Origin: a virus
Direction: 5' to 3' (one strand)
Length of the DNA: 64,000 nucleotides
Virus record (IMG/VR): IMGVR_UViG_3300018080_005419
Made by a program: the position numbers and the translations under genes. Each line of letters starts with the position of its first letter. The first letter of the stretch is position 1. Positions 56,714 through 64,000 of this stretch are shown one piece after another. The notes under the pieces are model-generated. The model did no database searches. It was not told the origin of the DNA and was given only the letters and a program-made list of their open reading frames with translations.

Positions 56714-56866
56714 TTACATCTCCTCTATGGGGATTTTAACAAAACTCAAATAGGTAGGAAGGAAGGAGGTTTTTTGTCAGAGAGGGGATGGATTTATTCA
56801 CCCCCTCTCTGTTTGTTGTAAATATCATAATTCCTTAATTTCTAGTTTTATTTAACTAGTTTTAGT

Positions 56867-58114
56867 TTATGCCTCGGTCATGATCATTGGGGGCAGAGAA
56901 AGATCAGTTCCACCAGCATAACCAGTAGGAGTATATGGAATATTGGGGTCAAGATTTGCAAGCAATCTGCCGCCAAGACCTTTCATGCCATAAGTTCTGT
57001 TAGTAACGTCATTCTGACCTCTAATGCCGTAGTCATCACTTTCAACAACAACAGCAGGAAGAGCAATTGTCAGATAATCACCACTACCAGCACCCGTACC
57101 AACAATCTCTGCTGTAAACTCTGTATTTTCTGCAGTTAAGTAAGGAGTAAATTCATCATATGCGCCACTGCCATCACCAAAGATCGGGTCAACAAGACCG
57201 TATGGATGGTAAAGTGTAACTGAACCTGTTGCATCAATTGATCCCTGAAGAACCGCAGAAGCACCACGAACACCACGACAGGTATACAGGACTTGAGTAT
57301 TATTAGTCTGATCGATTGACCATTCTACAGTTTCTGTTTCAATTCCTTGAATCGTAATCGGATCCCAGGTTACTCCACCGTAACGTTTCAAGTATGCGCG
57401 TGTTCTCCAATAAGGAATTGGGTCGAAGTTTGGCTGATTGTTATACTCAGGGTGAACTGGGTTCAGAGGATTGTTAGGACCTGAAATGCCAAATCTATCG
57501 TCAATGTAAGAAGCTTCACCAGGAGAAGTAAATGTTCTAAAGTCGGGATTTGCTTGCTGGAAAGGATCTGCCCAGGAAACTCCATATGGATTCGTGTTGC
57601 CAGGACCAAAGACCTGACGGAAAAGACCCACACTATTTAGAGAACCAGTAACAAATGATCCTGCACTTGTTGTCAGTGACATTCCCTGGTTCCATAGACC
57701 CATACGGCCACGACCTTGATTTACAACAATATCGGAACCTGTTCCTGTTCCATGATCGTTGTAATCTGCTGTTGTGTTTTGGCTAGGTCCATAGTAGTAG
57801 ACCCATGAGGCATCTGGCGTAATACGAGCGGCCCTTGAATATGCTCTGTATTCAATTACCCAGTCTCGAATAAGATTCCAGATATTTGCAGAAGCCTGAA
57901 GCTGGAAGTCCAATGAGCCTTCGTAACGAACAGCATTATCTGCATAGTTTACGTTCGTTGCGGCATTGTACCAACCAGCACCCCAAATCGCTTCGGAGTA
58001 GATAGGCTCCAGTACTAAGTTGATTGATGAACTCTCAATCAACAACGGCACGAAACCCTGTGTACCGTCTCGGTTGATTTCAATTTGGGCTAGGCCCTGA
58101 TATCCCATTGCCAT
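56867..58114 (-). CDS. Probable major tail tube protein, paralog 1
   Basis: MAMGYQG, YEGSLDFQL, PIPYWRT, EWSIDQTN. Visibly more GC-rich than its neighbours, consistent with high expression. Confidence 0.55.
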   Translation of the reverse strand: MAMGYQGLAQIEINRDGTQGFVPLLIESSSINLVLEPIYSEAIWGAGWYNAATNVNYADNAVRYEGSLDFQLQASANIWNLIRDWVIEYRAYSRAARITPDASWVYYYGPSQNTTADYNDHGTGTGSDIVVNQGRGRMGLWNQGMSLTTSAGSFVTGSLNSVGLFRQVFGPGNTNPYGVSWADPFQQANPDFRTFTSPGEASYIDDRFGISGPNNPLNPVHPEYNNQPNFDPIPYWRTRAYLKRYGGVTWDPITIQGIETETVEWSIDQTNNTQVLYTCRGVRGASAVLQGSIDATGSVTLYHPYGLVDPIFGDGSGAYDEFTPYLTAENTEFTAEIVGTGAGSGDYLTIALPAVVVESDDYGIRGQNDVTNRTYGMKGLGGRLLANLDPNIPYTPTGYAGGTDLSLPPMIMTEA

Positions 58115-58162
58115 AGTGGTGATCTCCTTCTATTCCGTAAGCGGAAGAATTTAATTTATTTT

Positions 58163-59062
58163 TTAGAGTTCAATGACTCTTTCAAATACGTTCTGAACCA
58201 TCAACACTTGGTTAAGAGTTGTTGTGCCATCAGTTACAGTTACGCTGTTGATCTTGGTATATCTATCAGTATCAGCAGCACCAATATAAATTTCATCGCC
58301 TGCTGTCATTGCTGGTACAATAACACTAACCGTAGTAGTATCACCATTGGGTTCTGTGACCATCGTAAATTCAAGCGTTGTAGTAGCATCCCAATCTGTA
58401 TAAGCATGAATTTTCATACGAGTGGCAGCAAAATTACTTCCATCGGCATTTACGGCTGATGTGCCAGTACCGAAATCTCCAAGATTGTTTAAAACAACCT
58501 GATTACTTGCTGCACCTGTAACTGTTGCAAAGGTAAATGGTGTTGGTGAATCGTAAAAAACATTTCTTGCTCTGAGTGTTGGACCGCCAGCATTGCTAAA
58601 TACTCTACGGAAATATTCTGAAACTCTAACGCCAGTACCAGCACTGACGATAGTAGGAATATTTGCATAGATGGTGCCTGTTCCATCAGATTCTTCAAGA
58701 TACTGGTTCCAACTTCCGGTAATTGCTCTTGTCCCAGCAGTTGTTGTTGCAGTATTGAAGTGAGTTGTCAAAGCTCCAATAATGCTGTACGAACTACTGA
58801 GCGCACCCATTGTACTTGTAGCTAAAGTAAATGGATCAGAAGTTGTGTTCCAAGCTTGGTCTGATGCTTCTGCTTGCGTCAGAGTGCTGGTTTCAATTTC
58901 TGCATCGCCATCAGGACAAACATGGCAAAATTCATAGAAATCTGTACCCCGAGTAGAGCCACTATCAGGAGATCCACTAACGGCAGCAAGCAGATTAAAA
59001 TAATAACGCTTGCCAATTCGATCACTGATGGCTAGAACATCTTTAGGATCAATTAAACCCAT
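58163..59062 (-). CDS. Virion structural protein, Thr/Ser/Gly-rich
   Basis: ATG at 59062 after AAGGAGG. Composition and position fit a structural protein. Confidence 0.5.
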   Translation of the reverse strand: MGLIDPKDVLAISDRIGKRYYFNLLAAVSGSPDSGSTRGTDFYEFCHVCPDGDAEIETSTLTQAEASDQAWNTTSDPFTLATSTMGALSSSYSIIGALTTHFNTATTTAGTRAITGSWNQYLEESDGTGTIYANIPTIVSAGTGVRVSEYFRRVFSNAGGPTLRARNVFYDSPTPFTFATVTGAASNQVVLNNLGDFGTGTSAVNADGSNFAATRMKIHAYTDWDATTTLEFTMVTEPNGDTTTVSVIVPAMTAGDEIYIGAADTDRYTKINSVTVTDGTTTLNQVLMVQNVFERVIEL

Positions 59063-59132
59063 TTCCAATCCTCCTTAAAATTTACAAAGTTGCTTCTTAA
59101 CAAAGGAATAATAATAAAAGAAAAATGAATAA

Positions 59133-59741
59133 TTACGATTTTGCAGCACCATAAAATCCTGGAACTCTTGGATCGTATATGTGAGGCCAATGATCTAAGA
59201 AATAATGAGCAGGCAAAGGTTCGTGAATTTTACAGAACCAAGACATTGTAGCCTGTCTCAAAGTTCCAGCTTGAGCCGTTTTGTAGTTAATCGTCGTAAT
59301 TAAAGAATCTAAAAAGTTAATCGGCAGTAAAGTACCGTCAAAGTTATACTTATATTGTTGCTTGCCATACACATCAACAACAGCTGACTGCAATCTACGT
59401 GGATCATTTAGTACAATTTTTATCCTTCTCACAAGTCCGGTCGAAAATTCCACCGCCAAATCCCTATTCGCATTAATAACATTAAGTCGCAAATTTAGAT
59501 TAAACTGAGGTCTTTGGGCTTGAGTTGCGGCCCATTCATTATCTTCTGATTCTGGTTCAATTTCTAACAAAGGCATTACAGACATTGGCCTGTTATCGAA
59601 AATTCCTTTTTCTATAGATAATGGAAATTCTCTATCGGCAACCTCAAAATCGTATTGCCGAATATAATCTCTAAAAAATTCCTGCTCGTTGTAGAGAATA
59701 TGCATCAAGGTATCTACAACGTGCCCAGCATCTGTATACAT
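59133..59741 (-). CDS. Tail terminator / tail completion-like protein
   Basis: Position upstream of the tube genes. PLLEIEPESE..EW...Q..FNLNL...TINY pattern. Confidence 0.4.
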   Translation of the reverse strand: MYTDAGHVVDTLMHILYNEQEFFRDYIRQYDFEVADREFPLSIEKGIFDNRPMSVMPLLEIEPESEDNEWAATQAQRPQFNLNLRLNVINANRDLAVEFSTGLVRRIKIVLNDPRRLQSAVVDVYGKQQYKYNFDGTLLPINFLDSLITTINYKTAQAGTLRQATMSWFCKIHEPLPAHYFLDHWPHIYDPRVPGFYGAAKS

Positions 59742-59756
59742 TCAATTTTGTCCTCT

Positions 59757-60254
59757 TTAGGTATAACTTGGAGGTTCTGGTCTAACCATCGGAATTGCTC
59801 CAGGTGGCAAGAATCTACTAACATCTGCTCTCCACCTTTGTCCTTCCAATCGATCTGTCATTGATTTTGCTTGTTCTATAATTGTTAAAGCGTAATCGAT
59901 ATAATTTTGAACTGCTTCGTTAACATTGGCATCTAATTGTTGATATTCTGATTTTATCAATAAACCGGCAGTCCAATAACGAGCAGCTTCTTGTACTCTT
60001 CCTGGATATGTTAAAACCCAAACATTGTCTCTCCGGTTATAGACTCTCATTCTGGCAAGGGGAACAACATATAAAGGCATTAAGTGGTTATCAATTAATC
60101 TATCTACCTGTTCTTGATATCTTTGAACTTGTGCTGCATCTACTGTGCTTAATCTTCCACCTCCTATTTTTAAAGCTTTGACGAGTGGTTTAATGTGTGT
60201 ATCCCATTCGCCAGAGTAATAAGGTTCGCCGGTTGTAGGAGAAATAGTTGCCAT
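59757..60254 (-). CDS. Head-tail connector-like protein
   Basis: Helical. IDNHLMPLYVVPL, AARYWTAGLL. Neck-module position. Confidence 0.4.
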   Translation of the reverse strand: MATISPTTGEPYYSGEWDTHIKPLVKALKIGGGRLSTVDAAQVQRYQEQVDRLIDNHLMPLYVVPLARMRVYNRRDNVWVLTYPGRVQEAARYWTAGLLIKSEYQQLDANVNEAVQNYIDYALTIIEQAKSMTDRLEGQRWRADVSRFLPPGAIPMVRPEPPSYT

Positions 60255-60260
60255 AATTAT

Positions 60261-61043
60261 TTATTCCTCAATTAAGATTTTACACCCTGTTTTATCAGCT
60301 AAAAACTGTATTAATTCATCTTTGCTTGCTTTTCCTAAACCATACATTCTTGAAGGCAGAGTCGCTTCTGATTCTTCTGTTTGTGTAAATTTCTTTCTTA
60401 CCTTTTTAGCTCTTGCAGGATTCTTTTTAACTCTCTTTTTCATCTTCTCAAACTCTTCTTCTTTCATGCGCTTTTCTTCTTCTTCTCTATCTTTAATTCG
60501 TTGAGCTTCTGAAACAAGAGCGCCAACACTTGAAGACATAGCATGATATTTTCTATCTTTATATTTTCCTCCACGGCCATATGTACTTATTTGTCCTCCC
60601 TTAATTCCAAAACTAATATCTCCAGCAGGAACATCTTTATCGCTTGGAATTGTTTCAGCAAGGTAAAAGCTTTTAATATCTTGTTGTCTGATTTGTTTCC
60701 GCTTTTCAACTTGAGCGTGTACACCAAAAAGCGCATCCAAGAAAAGCGCAATTTGTTCAAGTTTATCAGAACCCTTAAAAGTAAGAGGCTGACTTAGATT
60801 CATTGGGTTTTTAATTAAATCTTTTTCAGTAAAGACAGCACCACCTTCTCTGTCTTCTCCTGGGCCACCACTTGCTAATTTAGGAAATTCAAATGTGTAG
60901 AATTTATTTTCTTTTGGATGCAGAACAACGACAATATCACCTGGATCTGGAGTAATAGCCGCAATTACTACTCGTTTTCCAAGAATATCGGCAAGCATCT
61001 GAAAGGCGTCTTGTTTTGATGCAAGTTTAAGGGTGCCAGACAT
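60261..61043 (-). CDS. Neck-region protein carrying two LADxxGK motifs
   Basis: N-terminal DAFQMLADILGKRVVI and C-terminal ELIQFLADKTGCKILI. Confidence 0.65.
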   Translation of the reverse strand: MSGTLKLASKQDAFQMLADILGKRVVIAAITPDPGDIVVVLHPKENKFYTFEFPKLASGGPGEDREGGAVFTEKDLIKNPMNLSQPLTFKGSDKLEQIALFLDALFGVHAQVEKRKQIRQQDIKSFYLAETIPSDKDVPAGDISFGIKGGQISTYGRGGKYKDRKYHAMSSSVGALVSEAQRIKDREEEEKRMKEEEFEKMKKRVKKNPARAKKVRKKFTQTEESEATLPSRMYGLGKASKDELIQFLADKTGCKILIEE

Positions 61044-61120
61044 TTACGTACTCCTTGCTCTCTGAAATACTTAGAAGACTACAAAATTTCTCATTCCTCC
61101 TTGTTAAATAGCAAAAATAT

Positions 61121-61162
61121 AAAGAAAAAAAGAACCTGCTCGCTATTTAAAGCAAGCAGGTT
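61121..61162 (-). terminator. Intrinsic terminator
   Basis: Minus strand reads aacctgcttgctttaaatagcgagcaggtt followed by ctttttttcttt. Confidence 0.7.
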
Positions 61163-61203
61163 TAATATCCTTCCCCAACAAGCGTTTTCTTGAGGATTTT
61201 AAT

Positions 61204-61959
61204 CTATCTTCCGAACCATCTATTAATTCTAATTCCTCTTGTTTTTCCATATCCTACGAATTGTCCATGGAAACTACTTCGTCCACCACCCAATCGAATC
61301 GCATCGTAATAAACCCAAGTAGGAACGCTGACATAGGGCTCTTTCTTTAGTCCAGGAAGAACAACATCATTTAATCTAGAGACAGCATTTGATTTTGCCG
61401 TTTCTAATTGAGATAAAACGTTATCTGGGTCTGCAAATATAAGTCTAGTTCTCCATAACAACTCATCTATCATAAGCTTTTCAAGAGCCATAATATATGC
61501 TTGTTCTGCTAATGCTCCGTCCCATTTAGCCGGAGCACTTTCAAGAGTATAATTAGTTCCTGGTTCTGCAGCATTTAAAATATCTACTGAAATTTCTAAT
61601 AAAGCTGAAAGAATAGGATCAGGAAAATAATCAAATAAATAAGTAATATAAAGGGTTTCGCCACGTTCTAGGGTTGGATCTACATTAAACTTACCAAATT
61701 CTGTATCTACTACTGTTAATGTTCCAGCAGCAGCATCAACTCCTACCTGAAGAGCGTTTCTTGTTGCTTCAATTGGTGCATCAGGAAGCCAAGGAAACCA
61801 GATGCTTTGAAGAGCATTTGGATGATGATTTATCTCTTCATCATGCACCTTTAATTGACGATATCTCTCTAAGCGATAAGAGAGCATTTCATCAATTATT
61901 TTATTCTTCCTAGCACTACCAGTATCAGCACTAGGAATATAAGAGCCACTAAGAGCCAT
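61204..61959 (-). CDS. Head-neck (adaptor-like) structural protein
   Basis: YITYLFDYFPD.IL..LLE.SVD.LN pattern. Position in the neck module. Confidence 0.4.
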   Translation of the reverse strand: MALSGSYIPSADTGSARKNKIIDEMLSYRLERYRQLKVHDEEINHHPNALQSIWFPWLPDAPIEATRNALQVGVDAAAGTLTVVDTEFGKFNVDPTLERGETLYITYLFDYFPDPILSALLEISVDILNAAEPGTNYTLESAPAKWDGALAEQAYIMALEKLMIDELLWRTRLIFADPDNVLSQLETAKSNAVSRLNDVVLPGLKKEPYVSVPTWVYYDAIRLGGGRSSFHGQFVGYGKTRGIRINRWFGR

Positions 61960-62233
61960 TCTGGCTATTCCTGACTTGAATCATAAGTGAATACATACGT
62001 TCACGTTCTTGGAAAAATTTATGTGCTATTACTTTAGATTCTTCTAAGTGTCCAAAATAGGTATCTTTATGTCTTTTAAAATCGTCGGCATCAACAGAAA
62101 AATCAAACCATACTCTTGGTCTTCCATTTTCTGTTGTTACTGAAGTTCCTAAAAGTGGCACTTCTTTGTAGGCCAGATAAGCTGCAAAGTTTACGTCTGA
62201 GGTGCTGTGCTTATCTCCATCTGTTTTAGGCAT
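61949..62233 (-). CDS. DUF5659-like small protein
   Basis: TSDVNFAAYL...GRPRVWFDF. Confidence 0.45.
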   Translation of the reverse strand: MPKTDGDKHSTSDVNFAAYLAYKEVPLLGTSVTTENGRPRVWFDFSVDADDFKRHKDTYFGHLEESKVIAHKFFQERERMYSLMIQVRNSQNGS

Positions 62234-62238
62234 TACAT

Positions 62239-62574
62239 TTACTCCTTATCTTCGTCTTTGTCTGCTAAATTTGAAGCTTCGTCCCAAGAATCGCAAACTT
62301 CCCCTTTATAATTAGGAACTACCTTTTTAGGATCACCCCATGTACTTTTAGTTCTCCTTCCGGCAGCAACATTATTTTGGGTCATTTGTTCCTTACGTTT
62401 TGCATCCTGAGATGGCCAGCCACCACCTTTTAAACAAAAAGACTTACCAGATAGTTCAGCATCTAAATCTCTTTTATACTGAACTCCATCAATCGTTTTC
62501 TTACTAGGGGCTTTACCTATAGGAAAATTTAAAATAATTCTTTCACCATCCTTGTTTTTATAGATGTATTCCAC
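62239..62574 (-). CDS. FmdB-like small protein lacking cysteines
   Basis: GTG start. MEYIYK...FPIGKAP...YKR, then FCLKGGGW, follows the FmdB layout. Confidence 0.35.
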   Translation of the reverse strand: MEYIYKNKDGERIILNFPIGKAPSKKTIDGVQYKRDLDAELSGKSFCLKGGGWPSQDAKRKEQMTQNNVAAGRRTKSTWGDPKKVVPNYKGEVCDSWDEASNLADKDEDKE

Positions 62575-62587
62575 CTTGATCCTCCCC

Positions 62588-63844
62588 TTATTTTCTTCTT
62601 CTTAATAATTTACTTGCTGCATTTGATTTAGGGGGATCTTTTGGAGCAGGCGGCTCTATTCTTTCAATGGGCTCAACACCTTGGTCGCTGACACCCATAC
62701 CAGGAACTACTTCTTGTGGCATAATGGTTTCAAGATTAGGATTGTTTACTTGTGGATCTGCTATAGGAGCATTATTTCCAGATTTTGATCTTCGTTTTCC
62801 AACATCAGCATGTTTTTCACTTCTAATTTGTTGGATTCTTTGACTTCTTTCTTCTTTTGATACAGAAGTGACCAATCCTTCATTTAGAGAAGGTCCACTT
62901 ACTTCAGAATCATCACGAATTACAGGAAGTCCACGAATATATTGTTGTCCATTTTCATCCACTTTAATACTAGTATCTGCAATCTTTTGTCTGATTTCAT
63001 TTTGAATTTGACCAGACTTTTTAATATCCCAACTCTTTTGACCTGCCAATACTGGACTGAGAGGTTTTCCTGTTGCCGTTCTTGTTCTAACCTCTTCTCG
63101 CATCAAAGGAGAAGGATTAGAAGAACGGACAATCTGACCTTGTTGTGGACTGTCAGAATAATGCACTTCCATTTCTCTTTTCTCAGTTGGCTTCATTACA
63201 CTTACTTCGCTTGTAGGTGTAACATTAATAGGAGCTTCTTTTCTTGGTTTGGCCTTATGTGTATGTGAGATATCGATACTTTGAACGATATCTTGGTCAG
63301 AACGGTCAATCATATTTCTAACTCTTTGATCTTTTTCATCTCTAGTTTCAATATGTCTTCTTAATTGTGCTGCCTTCTTTTCTTGTTCAATTACTTGTTG
63401 TTGCTCGTATGCCTGACTTTCTTCTCCATATGGTTCAGCAGCACCGATACGAGCAGCAATTTCTAGATCTTTAACATTGTTGTATACTTCACCGTTAGAC
63501 TCACAACGCATTACTTTGTTTGCCCAGTCTACAGTAAAAATAGTACCAACAGAGAATCCTTCATTGATTAAACCAAATTGCATTTCTTTTGTTAGAATCC
63601 ACTGTGTTGGTTTTTCATCAGCACGGATAATAGATGATTGTTTAGGCATATTTTCCTTTTGTTCTAGGGTGTCTTCTTCTATAGATGTAGTTTCAGACTT
63701 ACGAGGTCTGCCTCTACGACGACCTGTTTTTTTCTTGGTCGTTTTCTTTTTGGTAGACTTTTTCTTGGAAGCTTTCTTTTTGCGGCGAGCTTTCTTCTTT
63801 GTTGTCTTTACTTCTTCATTTTCTTCTTTTTTCTTTCTTGGCAT
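62588..63844 (-). CDS. Hypothetical protein with Lys/Arg-rich N-terminus and AT-hook
   Basis: KKKARRKKKASKKKSTKKKTTKKKTGRRRGRPRKS. Confidence 0.7.
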   Translation of the reverse strand: MPRKKKEENEEVKTTKKKARRKKKASKKKSTKKKTTKKKTGRRRGRPRKSETTSIEEDTLEQKENMPKQSSIIRADEKPTQWILTKEMQFGLINEGFSVGTIFTVDWANKVMRCESNGEVYNNVKDLEIAARIGAAEPYGEESQAYEQQQVIEQEKKAAQLRRHIETRDEKDQRVRNMIDRSDQDIVQSIDISHTHKAKPRKEAPINVTPTSEVSVMKPTEKREMEVHYSDSPQQGQIVRSSNPSPLMREEVRTRTATGKPLSPVLAGQKSWDIKKSGQIQNEIRQKIADTSIKVDENGQQYIRGLPVIRDDSEVSGPSLNEGLVTSVSKEERSQRIQQIRSEKHADVGKRRSKSGNNAPIADPQVNNPNLETIMPQEVVPGMGVSDQGVEPIERIEPPAPKDPPKSNAASKLLRRRK

Positions 63845-63918
63845 TTCAATTCTCCTTTTTTCTTTTTACTTTTATTTGCTAATCTATGTTAATTTCCCTA
63901 AAAATAAATTAGGGTTAT

Positions 63919-64000
63919 TTATTTTTCTTCGTCTCCAATTTCCTCCATATTGGTATGAAGCAATGTATATAATTCTGGATTGCTTTCAGAAATTTTGTTC
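63919..64000 (-). CDS. C-terminal end of a gene entering from the right edge
   Basis: Manual translation gives ...NKISESNPELYTLLHTNMEEIGDEEK-stop. Confidence 0.5.
   Translation of the reverse strand, partial: NKISESNPELYTLLHTNMEEIGDEEK

Noticed and set aside
1-64000. Archaeal virus or eukaryotic giant virus origin (Hel308-like helicase, SNF2, actin-like protein)
   Set aside because: DnaE, DnaG, DnaB, RecA, sigma-70-type factors, Shine-Dalgarno sites and a tape measure module all indicate a tailed bacteriophage.
1-64000. tRNA, rRNA, integrase or transposase genes
   Set aside because: None were recognised. The intergenic gaps are short and show only simple hairpins. A tRNAscan/Infernal run was not possible.

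Overview
This is a 64-kb, AT-rich, gene-dense segment of a very large (jumbo-type) tailed bacteriophage genome. Standard code 11 fits, Shine-Dalgarno sites precede most genes, and almost all genes lie on the minus strand. Positions ~1-38,800 hold a DNA replication/recombination/nucleotide-metabolism module: a DnaE-type polymerase in two pieces, DnaG-like primase, DnaB-like helicase, RecA, an SSB-like protein, a 5'-3' exonuclease, an SbcD/Mre11-like nuclease, a Ski2/Hel308-like helicase in two pieces, a SNF2 helicase with a LAGLIDADG intein, a sigma-70-type factor, DHH and calcineurin-like phosphoesterases, a MazG-like pyrophosphatase, two glycosyltransferases and a thioredoxin. Three plus-strand islands interrupt it: a ClpP island, a single gene inside the polymerase, and a sigma-like/actin-like/methyltransferase island. 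Positions ~39,000-64,000 hold a morphogenesis module: two paralogous tail-associated proteins, a hub-like protein, a 2311-aa tape measure, three paralogous tube-like proteins with three chaperone-like proteins, and neck/connector-like genes. The most unusual features are (1) a fractured DnaE whose N-half ends in an apparently non-catalytic intein (HINT) remnant, with an inverted gene in the break; (2) a helicase split inside motif V by an in-frame 60-nt self-pairing spacer; (3) a divergent sigma-like protein whose N-terminal ~30-aa domain also exists as a stand-alone convergent gene; (4) a short LADxxGK peptide motif and a CTTTATATTTT upstream motif linking distant genes; and (5) an actin-like ATPase with a possible amphipathic-helix partner. 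All family assignments come from motif recognition by eye; no database searches were run.
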